Part shown: piece after piece, positions 13,216 through 26,007 of the stretch
How the letters are laid out: every line of letters begins with the position of its first letter
Position numbering within the stretch: position 1 is the first letter of the stretch
Assembly (NCBI RefSeq): GCF_004010195.1
Contig: NC_057751.1
Span: forward strand, 10,410,589-10,474,588
Origin: Chiloscyllium plagiosum
Lineage: Eukaryota
Direction: 5' to 3'
Length of the DNA: 64,000 bases
Translations under genes and position numbers: made by a program
The notes under the pieces: generated by a model
The model's input: only the letters and a program-made list of their open reading frames with translations
The model's database searches: none
Told to the model about the DNA's origin: nothing

Positions 13216-14560
13216 GAAAGCTGAGGAGATCTGGCAGCATTGTGTAGAGAAAGCAGAGTTCACATTTTAGGTCCAATGACTCTTCTTCAGAAACGGTTTC
13301 AGCTGGAAAAAGCTTGTTATGTATGCTGAAGGGATGGGGAGAGAGGGAGGACTGGAGATGGAGCCCAGAGAGAGAGGACAACAGTTGGGCAGACAAAGGA
13401 ATGGGTGAAGGTCAGCCTGGGGAGTCAATGGTTGCTACTGGGGACATTTAGGAGCTGACACTGAGATGGACCCCAAAGATAACAATGTGGGGTTGAGGTA
13501 AAGACATGCGAGAAGGTGCTCAGGCCCTAAAATTATTGAACTTGATCTTGAATCCAGAAGCTGCAGGGTCCCTGAGCAGAAAATTAGATGCTGTTCTTCC
13601 ATCTTTGCTGAGCTCCACTGGAGTACAGTAGTAAGTCTGAGACAGATGTTGGCCAGGGAACATGGTGGTATGTTGAAGTGGCAGGCAATAGGTAGCTCAC
13701 GGTAACTTTTGCAGACAGAAAGTAGACGTTCTGGAAGTGGTTACCCAATCTGCATTTTGTCTCCCAGTGTAGATCAGACCACTTAGCGAGCAGCGAATAA
13801 GGTTGACTAGATTGAGTGAAGTGCACGTAAAATGCTGCTTCACCTGGAAGGTATGGTTGGGGCCTTGCATAGTGATGAAAGGAAATAAACAACAGGTATT
13901 GCATCACCACAGGAAATGACACCACCAACCCAAAGAAACCCAAACATATAGAAAGCAAGAATCATCGGCAGTGCTTTGTTTGGAGGCTCACTGAAGATGT
14001 TACCTATAATGGTAACTAAACATCTGAAAATGAACCTTCCAGTTCAGAGAGCAAATCTATACCCAGAACCTCAACCTGAGCTACAAATCTTCTCAAAACG
14101 CCGTATGGGGAGATGTTGTGAGTGGAAGAGGATTGGACCAAGGTGTCCTGGAGGGAATGGTCTCTGTGGATCGCTGACAAGGGAGGAGATGGGAATACGT
14201 ATCAGATGGTGCCATCCTGCTGTAGGAGCAGAAATGGTGGCTAACAATCCTTTGGATACGGATGCTGGTGGGCTGGTAATTGAGGTCCAGAGGGATCTTA
14301 TTTCTTTGTGGGAGTGAACAGGAAGGGTGCGGGAAATGACTGGACAATGGGTGACAGGTTCTGTCAGCCACAGTGGTGGGGAATCCTCAGGAGTAGTGGG
14401 GAAATCTTCAGTTGAGGAAGAAGATGGTCACTTCGGATGCCTCTGTGTCAAAATTGGCATCACTGGAACAGAAATAATGGAGACAGAGAAATGGACTGGA
14501 GTTTTTACCAGAAGCTGGGTGTGAGAATGCATAGTTCAGGTGACTGTGGGAGTTGATTAT
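13216..14560 (-). mobile_element. Old Penelope-like element fragments
   Basis: Terminal unit at 13216-13295; GIY-YIG-like ETKCRLGNHF; peptide RNKIPLDLNYQPTSIRIQRIVSHHF. Confidence 0.75.
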
Positions 14561-16508
14561 GTTTGTATTAGATGTTAGAGGCCTTAATCGTGACATTGCA
14601 CATGTGGGAAGAAAGGATCCTCATTTGTCCCTCAGCTTGAGGGTTCTTTGCCCTGTACTAACTCCTGTCTAGGAACTTCTTTCTCTCACACGTTTTTCCC
14701 AACTCACAGCTTCTGCCTTGTATTTAACTGGCAGACATTCCTTTCCCTCAGTCTCTCTGACGATAATCCTGAGCAGTCTTTTGATGTACAGAACCCCAAG
14801 CAGATCACATCTGCACAACTCACCATACTCCAATCAGAGGCTGTTTTTCTACCACATTTGCTGTTGACAGGTTGATGACTGAGCCTTTCAGCAGCAAACA
14901 CAGGATCAAAGTGGCATCTGACTGAAGGATCATCTCATTGCAGAATCTCCCAGTTGTCCTTTCTATTTTTGGAATGTTGGTGACAGGCCAGAGAGGACTC
15001 CTGTATCTTATGAACTTACATACTGCAGCCACACTAATGGGAGAGACTGAGTATTTCAGGTGGTTAATGGCATGCCATTCAAACCAACTTCTTTGTCATG
15101 GATAGTCCTTGAGTTGTTGGTTTTACACACATCCAAATAAACAATAAACAGGAAAATGTATAATCACACTTTTAATTTGTGCCTTTGAGGTTCAGGAAGG
15201 CTTCAGGGAATCATAAAATGAATTACTTGCAGAATATTCAATCTTCACTTTATACTTCTAGCCTCAGTATTTTTGTGACTGACTCAGTTGAATTGCTGCC
15301 ATGGTCACAGGGCAGATCCCAGGGGACTGAAGAATATCCAATGTTGTTAGTTTGTATAAGGAGGGCAACAGGAATAGTCCAGGAAATTCCAGTCCAGTGA
15401 GCCTCACATCAGTGTTAGGGAAATTATTGGAGAAAGTTGTTATGGACAAGATTTACTTACATGTGGGAAAATATGGACATATATTAGTGAAGGCAGCATG
15501 CCTTTGTGCAGAGTAGGTTGCACAAATTGAGTTTTTTGAGAAAGTAATAAAGGTGATTGATGAGGACAAGGAAGTGAATATTGTCTCCGTGAATTTAGCA
15601 AGGCCTCTGACTATGCCCCTCATGGCAGGCTGACACAAAAGCTGAAGTCTCATATGATCCACACTGAGCTAGTAAGATTGGTACAGAACTGCCTTGGTCA
15701 TAGAAGACAGAGAGTAGAGGTGGAAAGGTTTTCTTTGCTGGAGATCTGTGATCCAGTGTTCACAGGTATCAGTGCTGTGACCTCTGTTGTTTGTAGTGTA
15801 TGTTAATGATTTGGAGGAGAATGTAGGTGGTCTGATCAATAAGTTTGTGGATGAACCAAAGATTTGGGCTGCAGATAGTGAGGAAGATTGCCAGAAGTTA
15901 CAGCAGGATAGAGATAAGTTGGAGACTTGGCCAGACAAATGGCAGATGAAATTTAATCCAGACAAATGTGAGTTGATGCATTTGGAAGGTCTTCTGCGGA
16001 AGGGATGTATGTAGTAAATGGCAGAATCTTTGGAAGCATCAATGCACACAGGACCTAGGCATCCAGGTCCACAGTTCCCTGAAAATGGCAATGTAAGTGG
16101 ATAAGGTGATAAAGAAAGTGTATGGCATGCTTGCCTTCATCAGCAGAGTACAAAAACTGGCAAGTTATGTTGTAGCTCTGTAGAACTTTATATTGGCCAT
16201 ACCTGAAATATTGTGTGCACTTGTGACCACCACACTGCAAAGCAGGATGTGGAAACTTTGGAGAGGGTACGGAAAAGATTTGCCAGAATGTTTCCTGGTT
16301 TGGAGGGTATGAGCTAGATTGGACACACTTAGTTTGTTTTCACTGGAGGGACGGCCTGATTGAAGTTTCCAAAATTATGAGAAGCGAGAATAAAATGGAT
16401 AGTTGGAGTCTTTGTCCCAGTGTGGAAATGTTGATTACTTGGGGACAAAGGTTTCAGATAAAAGGGGCAAAGTTGAAAGGAGATGTAACTGTCATATTTT
16501 GTACACAG

Positions 16509-16726
16509 ATGGAAATGTGTTGCTGGAGAAGCGCAGCAGGTCAGGCAGCATCTAGGGAACAGGAGAATCGACGTTTCGGGCATTAGCCCTTCTTCCTGAA
16601 GAAGGGCTAATGCCCGAAACGTCGATTCTCCTGTTCCCTAGATGCTGCCTGACCTGCTGCGCTTCTCCAGCAACACATTTCCATCTCTGATCTCCAGCAT
16701 CTGCAGACCTCATTTTCTCTTCAAAA
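16509..16726. mobile_element. Palindromic mini-PLE
   Basis: Perfect 89-bp inverted arms (16507-16595, 16598-16686); 13-bp TSD ATTTTGTACACAG (16496-16508, 16727-16739). Confidence 0.92.
16596..16623 (+). ncRNA. Minimal hammerhead ribozyme core (PLE type)
   Basis: CUGAAGA-A-GGGC-UAAU-GCCC-GAAA-C-GUC: core boxes, stem II and GUC triplet, with a loopless palindromic stem III. Confidence 0.7.
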
Positions 16727-17129
16727 ATTTTGTACACAGGGTGGTAAGTGCCTGAAAGACTGCCAGAGGACATGGTGCAGGTGGATACAACAGCAACATT
16801 GAAGAAGCATGTTGACAGTGATATGAATAGGCAGGGAATGGAGAGATATGGACTGCTGAGAGGCAAAAGGTTTTTAGTATAGGAAGGTGTCATGTGTTGG
16901 CACTGTCTTGGTGGGCCACAGATCCTGTCCCACTGTTGAACTGTTCTTTGTCCTGGTGATTTCTGAAATGTTGATGGTGGGACATTTGGCAGTCATGATA
17001 CGAATATCAAGGATAGTGGTTGGACTTTCTTGTTGAAAATGGTAATTGCCTGGTACTTGGGGGAAAGTACATTACTTATCATTTATTCTCGTTTGTATTC
17101 ATGTTGCATGGAGACATGGACTGCATCAT

Positions 17130-17650
17130 TATCACACTTTAGGAAGGATGGCAGGCCTTAAAGAGTGTGCAGTCAAGATTCAGAAGAATGCCTCCAGCGA
17201 TCAGTAACTAGGTTGGAGAAGCAGAGATTGTTCTTTGAGCAGTGAATTGAATTGAATTTATCGTCATGTGTACAGAGGCACAGTGAAAAGAAGGGAAAGT
17301 GGAGGAGATGACATCGACATATTCAAAACCTTCAAGTCCGGACACAGTAGACCAAAAGGAACAATTCCCACGGTGGAATGGTTTGGAAACAGAGGACACA
17401 GATTTAAGATAATTTTGAAATGAATCAATTCTAGTCTGAGGAAAACCTTTTTTAAGCAGTGAGTGGTTACCAACTGGATTACACTGTTTTAAAGTGTGAT
17501 CATGGTGGGTTCAATCAAGGCATGAAAGGGGAATTGGATCATTACCTGTAAAGGGAAGCTATGCAGGACCTTCAGTGAATTACTCTTACTGAGAACCAGC
17601 ATGGACATGACAGACTGAATGGCCTTGTGTGCTGTAACCGTTCTGTGATT
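17130..17650 (+). mobile_element. CR1 LINE 3' fragment, old
   Basis: LKSVQSRFRRM-like remnant and CR1 3'UTR hairpin and tail. Confidence 0.7.
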
Positions 17651-18377
17651 CGACTGTCAGAAAAAGAACTGAACATTGCAATTGTCTTTTTTTAAAAAAT
17701 TAAGCAGCAGTATAAACAAAATAATACCTGGCTTCCAACAACCTTTATAATCTTTCGTTGTGCCAGTTATGAATCTCTCCACTGGAAGGCCCTGAGATAC
17801 CACACTGGTTCAGGCACTGCCTTGATGTCACCAGTATTATTCTTACTTCAACGCTGCAATCCAGCTGTTCATCCATGTTGAATTGATTTTCCTTTTTGTG
17901 ACTGAACCTGCTTTTGTAGTTTATTAATTTCTTGGTGGATGTGTCCTGGAACAGCTTAGCTCAGGACATTGCTGGTTTTGGAGCACAAGCCTTCAGCAAT
18001 ATAACCTGATAGGTGCGAGAGCTCACACTCATTGCTGTGCCATTCTGATTATCCTGTTCTTGGTATTTCATGGGCCAAATCCATTTCGCTGAAAACTGAA
18101 ATCAACAATAATGAGGACCCCTGTGGTCATTTCTGCATGAGGATGCTTGCTTTATCCTTATATGTGTTAGGATTTACTGTCATTTAGGATAGGTGAGTTC
18201 ATGGAGCTTCTTCTTCCTGTTAGTTGTTTACTCAGCAACCATCATTCACAACTGGAGCTGACAAGATTGTCGAGTTTTTATCTGATCCATAGGTTGTGGG
18301 ATTGCTGAGCTTGGTCTACTGCATGCTATTTCTGCCATGTCATTTGCATATACTTGTGTTGTCAACTTCATCAAGTT

Positions 18378-19385
18378 GACTCCAGTACTGTGACCAGTGG
18401 AGTGCCACAAGGATTGGTGTGAGGTCCACTACTTTTCGTTATTTATATAAATCATTTTGATGTGAGCTTCAGAGATATAGTTAGTAAGTTTGCAAATGAC
18501 ATGAAAATTGGAGGTGTAGTGGACAGCGAAGAAAGTTACCTTGGATGACAATGTGATCAGATCAGATAAACCAATGGGCTGAGGAGTGGCAGATGGAGGT
18601 TAATTCAGGTAAATGTAAGGTGCTGCATTTTGGGAAAGCAAATCTTAGCAGGACTTTTCACGTAATAGTAAGGTCTGAGGGAGTGTTGCGGAACAAAGAG
18701 ACCTTGGAGTGCAGGTTCACAGCTCCTTGAAAGTGGAGTCGCAGGTAGATAGGATAGTGAAGAAGGCGTTTTGTATGCTTTCCTTTATTGGTCAGAGTAT
18801 TGAGTCCAGGGGTTGTGAGGTCATGTTGTGGCTGTACAGGACATTGGTTAGGCCACTGTTGGAATATTGCGTGTCGGAAAGATGTTGTGAAACATGAAAG
18901 GGTTCAGAATAGATTTACAAGGATGTTGCCAGGTTTGGAGGATTTGAGCGATAGAGAGAGGTTGAATAGGCTAGGGCTGTTTTCCCTCGAGCGTCGGAAG
19001 CTGAGGGGTGACCTTATAGAGGTTTATAAAATCATGAGGGGCATGGATAGGATAAATAGACATGGTCTTTTCCCTGGGGTGGGGGAGTCCAGAACTAGAG
19101 GGTATAGGTTTAGGGTGAGAGGGGAAAGATGTAAAAGCGACCTAAGGGACAACTTTTTCAGCAGAGGGTGGTGTATGTGTGGAATGGGCTGCCACAGGAA
19201 GTGGTGGATGCTGGTACAATTGCAACATTTAAAAGGCATCTGGATGGTATGAATAGGAAGGGTTTGGAGGGAGATTGGCCGGGTGCTGGCAGGTGGGACT
19301 AAATTGGGTTGGGATATCTGGTCGGCATGGACAAATTGGACCTGAGGGTCTGTTTCTGTGCTGTACACCTCTATGACTCTATGAC
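18378..19385 (+). mobile_element. CR1 LINE, 5'-truncated
   Basis: ORFs 18709-19252 (RVQNRFTRMLPGLE, RGDLIEVYKIMRG); CTATGACT tail repeats. Confidence 0.92.
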
Positions 19386-20094
19386 AGTAGCCTGGTGATC
19401 CTTGTCATCTGATCTGCTGCATGATTCACTGAAATAGAATGAATCCCAGGTTACCAGTTAAAGCCTTCAAGACTTGGCCAAATTCATCCTTAGTGGTGCT
19501 ACAAAACCACTCTTGATGATGGACATTGGACCACCATACAGAGTGTACTCTTCCTCGCCTCAGTGCTTATTCAAAATGTGCTTTTGCATCAAAGAGCTCA
19601 GATTCATCAGCTGGAAGAGAGTCAGATATGGTTTTCAACAGGAGGTTTCCTTGCCCATGCAATTTCATTGAGTGTGGAATCATTGTTAGGTCTACTCTCT
19701 CCTTACTGTACAGCACTGAGGTGAAACCTCTGGTGAATCCGGCCTGGCTGTGAGACACAATAGAGTGAAAGAAATGATAATGTAAGTGCTGTAACATTGT
19801 CAATAAGGTATGATTCTATGTGCACCAATATGTCAAGCCATTGCTTGACTTGGCTGTGGTGGCCTGCCCAGTTTGGTAAAAATTCTCTGATGTTAGTGAG
19901 GAGTTAACTGGGGATGTTGTGTCTTTTTTGTCCCTCCCTAGGTCAGAGCCTGGATTTGTTCTTACTTTAATTTTACATTGGTTTAACCGACTGAATAGCT
20001 TGCTTGGTTGGTTTGGATGGAAGTTAAGAATTAATCACCTTAAAAATCAAGAAAAGAGTATTGTTTGTTCAATGAAACAGATTCTTCCCATCAG

Positions 20095-20309
20095 GAGAAG
20101 GTGAGGACTACAGATGCTGGAGATCAGAGTCAAGAGTGTGGTGCTGGAAAAGCACAGCAGGTCAGGCAGCATCTGAAGAGCAGGAGAATCGACATTTAGG
20201 GCATAAGCCCTTCATCAGGATTCCTGATGAAGGGCTTATGCCTGAAATGTCAATTTTCCTGCTCCTCAGATGCTGCCTGACCTGCTGTGCTTTTCCAGCA
20301 CCACACTTT
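20095..20309. mobile_element. Palindromic mini-PLE
   Basis: Inverted arms centred on GGAATTCC (about 20221); TSD AGATTCTTCC-n-A-n-CAG at 20079-20094 and 20310-20325. Confidence 0.88.
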
Positions 20310-21224
20310 AGATTCTTCCTAACAGAATATCTTATCCCACTCTTGATTCAGCAGTACATTTTGTAAAAAGAAAATGCAATTTTACTTGACATGATGCAGT
20401 TCTGGATAAGAAGACTGAGCATGGGAACTGCTGAAAGGGAGGGAGGTTAATATTCAAATGAAATGTCAGAATGTTCAGGATTTAAGTCAAAAATAGCACA
20501 TTTCACAGTTTCTCCTGTTGTGTAATCCCATGAAGCCATTCCATCAGGGAAGTACATTAAAGCATACAGTGTAAGTCAGCACACTCGACAGTTCCATCTA
20601 AAGAATGGAGGGGTCATCTGGCAAAAGGATTGCAATAAACAAATGACTCATAAGCAGCCCTAAACTCTGCATCTCCATAGTTTTTGTGCATGCATTAAAA
20701 ATTATAACCAGCAAAGATGTGATGATTCATAACTTTGCATCTACATCTTTAGTCCCTCCTAATCTAAATTATATTCTTCCTCCAGTGGCCTTCGCTGAAG
20801 CTAATATGCTGTAATAATTCTTTTCAGCTGGCAGCTCTTCAGTTACAAACAGAAGCCAATGATATGGATCTCAGCACAAATCCTTCAAATGTTCCAAACA
20901 ATGCAATGCTACTTGTGGTATGTCTTACGTTCTTTATTGACTATAAACTCAATCGTTGTGAAACAGATAATAGATGGTGACCACTTTCATTGAAAACGTT
21001 CATTGAAAAGAAGTGTATTGCTCAAACTGTTCTCACACTTTTCCAAACGGTGGCTCACATTCGTATCAGCACCTCTTCCATGGATTGCATTGGAATGATA
21101 CAAAGTTCCAGCATTCAGGATTTATTTCTTCCCTGGTCCCTGATGCTGTTCTTTTCTTCCTTCACACAATAGTCTTTTGTTTCTCCCTCCTCCACCCCGC
21201 TCACATGCAGTTGTTCTCCTCACC

Positions 21225-21530
21225 CCAAGAATTTAAGACCTAGGAGCAGGTGTAGGCAAAATTCAAGCCTCCTCTGCCATTTAATATGATCAAGGCTGGT
21301 CTCATCTTGACCTCAACTCCAGCTGTCCATAACTCTTCAACCCATGATTACTTAAAAAACTGTGTATCACCTCCTTAAATTTACTCCATTTCTGAGCAGT
21401 CATCTCATGCTGGGATAGTAAATTCTACAGAATTGCCATCCTTTGAGAGAATTTATAATCTCTATTTTAAATCAGCTACCTCTTATCCTTAAACCATGAC
21501 ATCTTGTTCTAGATTGCCCACAGCAGGAGT
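21225..21530 (-). mobile_element. CR1 3' end, old
   Basis: Same 3'UTR type as 9855-10170 and 63470-64000. Confidence 0.65.
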
Positions 21531-22149
21531 TGTATCTCCCAATATTTCCTCTCCCAGCACTTGATTATTTTGTCAGCAATATGGTGGATTTTAGTACACC
21601 ACTCTCGATATTTCCATCAGACTGTCTTTAGTTTTCCTGAACTGGATTCTGACACAGTGTCTACTCTTGCAGCCACCACCATATCCTGATTCTCGCTTCA
21701 TGTGCTTTTTCCCATGAATGTGAAACCCGATAGTTCAATCTAATGCATTTATTATTTGTATACTTATTACACCATGCGCACCTTCAGCTGGATACTCAGA
21801 TATAAAATTTGAGTTTCCAACGACTTCAAGTTGTGTCTGCAGGTCTCTTGTATGTATTTTGCAAAATCAGCTTGATAAAGTAATGTTATTACTTGGGAGT
21901 GCTGAAGGGCACAATTAATCTGCGTACTTTCAGCGTCACAGCCAGAATTCATAAGAGATTTTTCCTTTCATTTTATACGTTGCAGGAATCCATGTGTTCT
22001 CTCATTGATTTTGTCCATCAGCATGAAAGCCAGAATATCAGGAGTTAAATTGAAATTTTATGGGATATTGGACACAATGTATTATTATTCATGAATAACC
22101 ATTCAAGTTGAATCAGGTATAAGACACCTGTTTGGCTTTGATTGATATA

Positions 22150-22672
22150 TTGTGTGCTGTTCTGGGTGCTACATTAGAGAAATGAACACATTGGAAGAGT
22201 GCAGAAGAGATATACAGTAATGGTTCTACGCATGAGAAATTTCAGTTATGATGGCAGACTTAAGATGTTGGAACTGCTTTCCTTGGAGAGAAGAAGGCTG
22301 TGAGGAGATCTGATAAAGATTTTCAAAAACATGAGTGGTCTTGGTAGATGCATTGAGCCAAACCGTTCCGCTCCTAAAAAGGATGAACAACTAAAGGGGA
22401 ACAATTTAACATGTTTTGCAACAGGGTCAAATGTCATACGACAAAAAACTTGTTCACTCAGCAGCTAGTTATCAGATGGGATGCATTGCCTGGAAATGTG
22501 GTGGAGAGCAGTCAAGATGATATTGGACGACGATTGCAATATAAATAACATGCAAATGTACAAGGAAAATGTAGGAAATTGGCATGAGGTAATGATATTC
22601 ATTTGAAGATCTGGTGCAGACACAATGGACCAAATGACCTCTTTTTGTGCTGTAACACTTCTGTGATTCTCA
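22150..22672 (+). mobile_element. CR1 3' fragment, old
   Basis: LEECRRDIQ and RRLxGDLIKIFK remnants; ctgtgattct tail. Confidence 0.75.
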
Positions 22673-22789
22673 GCTTCTGTGAAGTAGAAAGATAGAAACA
22701 GAAACAGATAAAAGATAGATAAAGTACTCCAGTTGCATGAATAAATCTGTGTCAGTACTGAATGAGAGAGGCAAGTTTCACAAAAGTAA

Positions 22790-23130
22790 CAGAGAATCTC
22801 TACAATGTGGAAGCAGGCCATTTGGCCCATCTAGTCTTCACCACCCTTCCGAAGAGTATTCCACCTCCCTACCCTACACCTGTAATTCCCATGGGTAATC
22901 CACTGAGTCTACACATCCCTGCATATGCTGGGACAATTTAGCATGGCTAATCCATTTTGCCTGCACCTCTTTGCACAGTGTAACAAAACCAGAGCATCCA
23001 GAGGAAGCCCACAGAGACACAGGGAAATCGTGCAAAGTCCAGACAGACAGTTGCTTGATGTTGGAATCGAACCTGAGTAAGTGGTATTGTTAGGTAGCAG
23101 TGCTAATCGCTGAGCCACCGTGCTGCCCAC
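22790..23130 (-). mobile_element. HE1 V-SINE, old
   Basis: tRNA-derived head gggcagcacggtggctcagcgattagca with A/B boxes, V-domain and CR1-like tail. Confidence 0.85.
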
Positions 23131-24732
23131 ATGGGAAGTGGGAGTAAAAGTCAGTCACATAAAAGCACTTTATTTGAGAATAGTGTTCCCAATGTTTCTT
23201 TTCTGTGGTTTTGCTCTCTTCAGTCACATTTAAAATAGCAGGTGTCCTGCATGATTTTATTTTGGTAAATTAAATCTTGAATTCACTGAGGCTTCTGAGG
23301 CTTAATGAACTGTTTCACTGTGCCATTAAAGATTTCTAAAAAATAATGAGGTGTTGTGATCAACCCAAGACTTCCGATTAGCCTCTTCAAAGCCATCTTG
23401 GCTGCTGCATCTTGGCTGTCACCTCAGCTATGTCCAATCCTTGCTTTATTCCACTCCTCTGCTTGCTTTTTATAAAGAGAGAGAAAATCTAAGATTCGCA
23501 AACAGCTAGTGCTTGGAGAAGTGGATCAAGTTCAAGTGAAGGGACTGCAGACAGGCTGGGGATTGACTGAATTACAGCTCCCTTGAAACTTGGACAAAAG
23601 GAACAGACGTCTTTTGCGGTTGAGTCAGGGACAGAGATGTGAAAAGAGGAGGCTCATGAACAACTGATATTACTGAAAAAAAAATCCAGTGAATCCCGAC
23701 CTTTGCACAATTTCCTCAGTCCAATCAAATTGCTGGAAAGATAGCGGAAGCATGATCTTATGATTATCCTGAACCAATGGAAAAGCCAGAAGATATCAGA
23801 GACTAGATATGGTCAGAAGAAGGACACAAATTCAGTACAATCAACAAATTGGTGAATATGTCCAAGTCCATTATAATTGACTACAATACAGTGATGACCA
23901 GAACTATTTCCAGCCAAAGAACTAGAGTCACAAACTTGGAACTGAAACAATTTAAAGCCAGAACATCTGGCAGATCTAAAGATTCCATTGATAAAAGGTA
24001 ACAAAACAATTATTTTGAAAGATGAACACAAAAAAGTTTACATTATTGTGAAAAAGTCTAAAGACAAATGATTTGCACATCTAAGCACTGCATTTGGTTG
24101 AAATAGGCAAGTGGAGAACCTACTAGAATGCCTTAGCACCGGAATATTCAGGTTTTATTGTCTTGACTGTGAGGTTGGAGCCAGGTCTCAGGAAAAAGTT
24201 AATTTATTTTTCCCCATTCATTTATCTTTGTCTCAAGTTGCTGGTGCTCACAGACCTTGATGTTATTAAATTGAGGAATAATGAGAAAAATAGCCCTTTC
24301 CAAATATTCAAATCTGAACCATTCAAATTGTAGAATACAAAATATATCGGGAGAGTTGGATCTGAATTTTCTCAGGTTTAAAGGCCTCTTTACCAAGAGA
24401 TTACCAGATTTCCATTGGCCAGGTGTTGGACACAAGTGCTACACAGTTCCATTGAGAGTACCTGGGCAGTAAACAGGTATGCATTGCAAGCAATCCCCAC
24501 ATCACTATCCTAAACTAAAAGCACAGAAGAAACAGCTTTCAGTTTGGAGTTGAAGTTAAACACTCTCAGTCTTGGTGACCAGTGAACAATTGAAAGCTAC
24601 TTAAATCTCACTTCTGACAAATTTACCAGTGAGGAACATTGATGTCTTAACACAGATCTCCAGAGTAAATATTAACAGCATAAGCTCCTGTATATTTCAC
24701 TTTCCACATTGAGGGTTGATCACTGTAAGAGG

Positions 24733-25582
24733 TCATAAAATCATCGAGAAGTACAGCACAAAATTTGGTCCAACTTGTTCAGCCGACCAGATTGTCTAAA
24801 TTGTTTGAGTCCCCTTTGCCAGTATTTGGCCTATATGCCTCTAAACCCTGCATGTACCATCCAGATATCTTTTATATGTTGTAATTGTACCCACCTCCAC
24901 CACTTCCTCTGGCTGCTCATTCCATACACGCACCTCCCTCTGCGAGAGAAAGTTGTCCCTCAGGTGCTTTTCAAATCGTTCCCCTCTCACCTTAAACCAA
25001 TGCCCTCTTGTTGTGGACTCCCTATCCTGGGAAAAAGACCTTGGCTATTCACTCTATCCTTGCCCTTCATAATTTTATAAATCTCTAAAAGGTTACCTGT
25101 CAGCCTCTGATGTTTCAGGGAGAAAAGCCATAACGTCTCCCTCTAGCTCAAACCCTCCAATCCTGTCAACATCCTTTTCAAGTTTCACAACATCTTTCTT
25201 AAAGCAGGGAGACGAGAACTGAATGCAGTTTTTGAAAACTGGCCTCAACAATGCCCAGTACAGCCATAGTATGATGTCCCAACTGTGATACTCAATGCAC
25301 TGACTAATGAAGGTCAGTGTGCCAAACATCACTTTCACCATCCTATGTACCTGTGACTCCACTTTAAAGAAACTATACTTCTGCTCCCCGGAGTCTCTTT
25401 GTTTGGCAACAATCCTCAGAGCCCTCACATTTATCAATTCCATACTGTAGGGAATCTAATCAAGCATTAAATTCCGTCCTCCGCTTCTTGGCCCATTGGC
25501 TCATCTGATCAAGGTCCCATTATATTCTGAGATAGCTTTCACTGTCCACTACACCACCAATTTTGGTATCATTTGCAAGCTT
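24733..25582 (-). mobile_element. CR1 LINE, 5'-truncated
   Basis: ORF 25093-25443 is a decayed RT C-terminus. Confidence 0.88.
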
Positions 25583-25689
25583 AGTAAATAAAATAATTTC
25601 AGCAAATACAAGCAAAAAGAGATATGTATGTAATGAGGTTAGAACTGAATACAAGTTTTAATGTTGGAATGATATCCATATCTATTCAA

Positions 25690-25912
25690 AAAAACAAAAG
25701 AACTGCAAATGCTGTAAATCAGAAACAAAAACAGCAGTTGCTGGAAAAGCTTAGCAGGTCGAGCAGCATTAGTTGAGAGAAATCAAAGTTAACATTTCAG
25801 GTCCTTACTCAGACCCTTCTGAGGAAGGGTCATTGGACCTGAAACATTAACTTTGATTTCTCTTCACAGATGCAGCAGACCAGCTGAGCTTTTCCAACAC
25901 CTTCTGTTTTTG
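25690..25912. mobile_element. Palindromic mini-PLE (second family), diverged
   Basis: Imperfect inverted arms at about 25725-25805 and 25835-25912; CTGAGGA-AGGGTC-ATTG-GACCT-GAAA core. Confidence 0.75.
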
Positions 25913-25927
25913 TATCTGTACTAATTG

Positions 25928-25933
25928 TTTATT
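25928..25933 (-). terminator. Candidate polyadenylation signal (AATAAA) of the TMEM86-like gene
   Basis: First AATAAA on the minus strand, about 75 nt after the stop codon at 26008. Confidence 0.5.
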
Positions 25934-26007
25934 CATGAAAAACAAAAAAAAAACACTGGAGATTGTAACATCAAACAATCTCAATTGTACAGTTAAGGAC
26001 AATCGAG

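Larger units (their letters stand above)
15300..16950 (+). mobile_element. CR1 LINE RT-to-3' fragment, old
   Basis: FVVYVNDLEENVGGLINKFVDE, WQMKFNPDKC. Confidence 0.88.

Noticed and set aside
14704..14901. Cys-rich 65-aa ORF with two GTGAGT donors
   Set aside because: No recognisable domain, no consistent exon chain, and a non-ATG start.
16507..16686. miRNA precursor, CRISPR repeat or DNA-transposon MITE
   Set aside because: The arms are the PLE terminal unit seen on coding PLE copies; TSDs vary from 11 to 16 bp across copies; there is no repeat-spacer array.
17727..17790. Exon-like segment GLPVERFITGTTKDYKGCWKP on the minus strand
   Set aside because: It aligns with the surrounding old LINE sequence.
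23480..24070. Purine-rich plus-strand stretch resembling a pseudogene
   Set aside because: Multiple stops in all frames and no recognisable homology.
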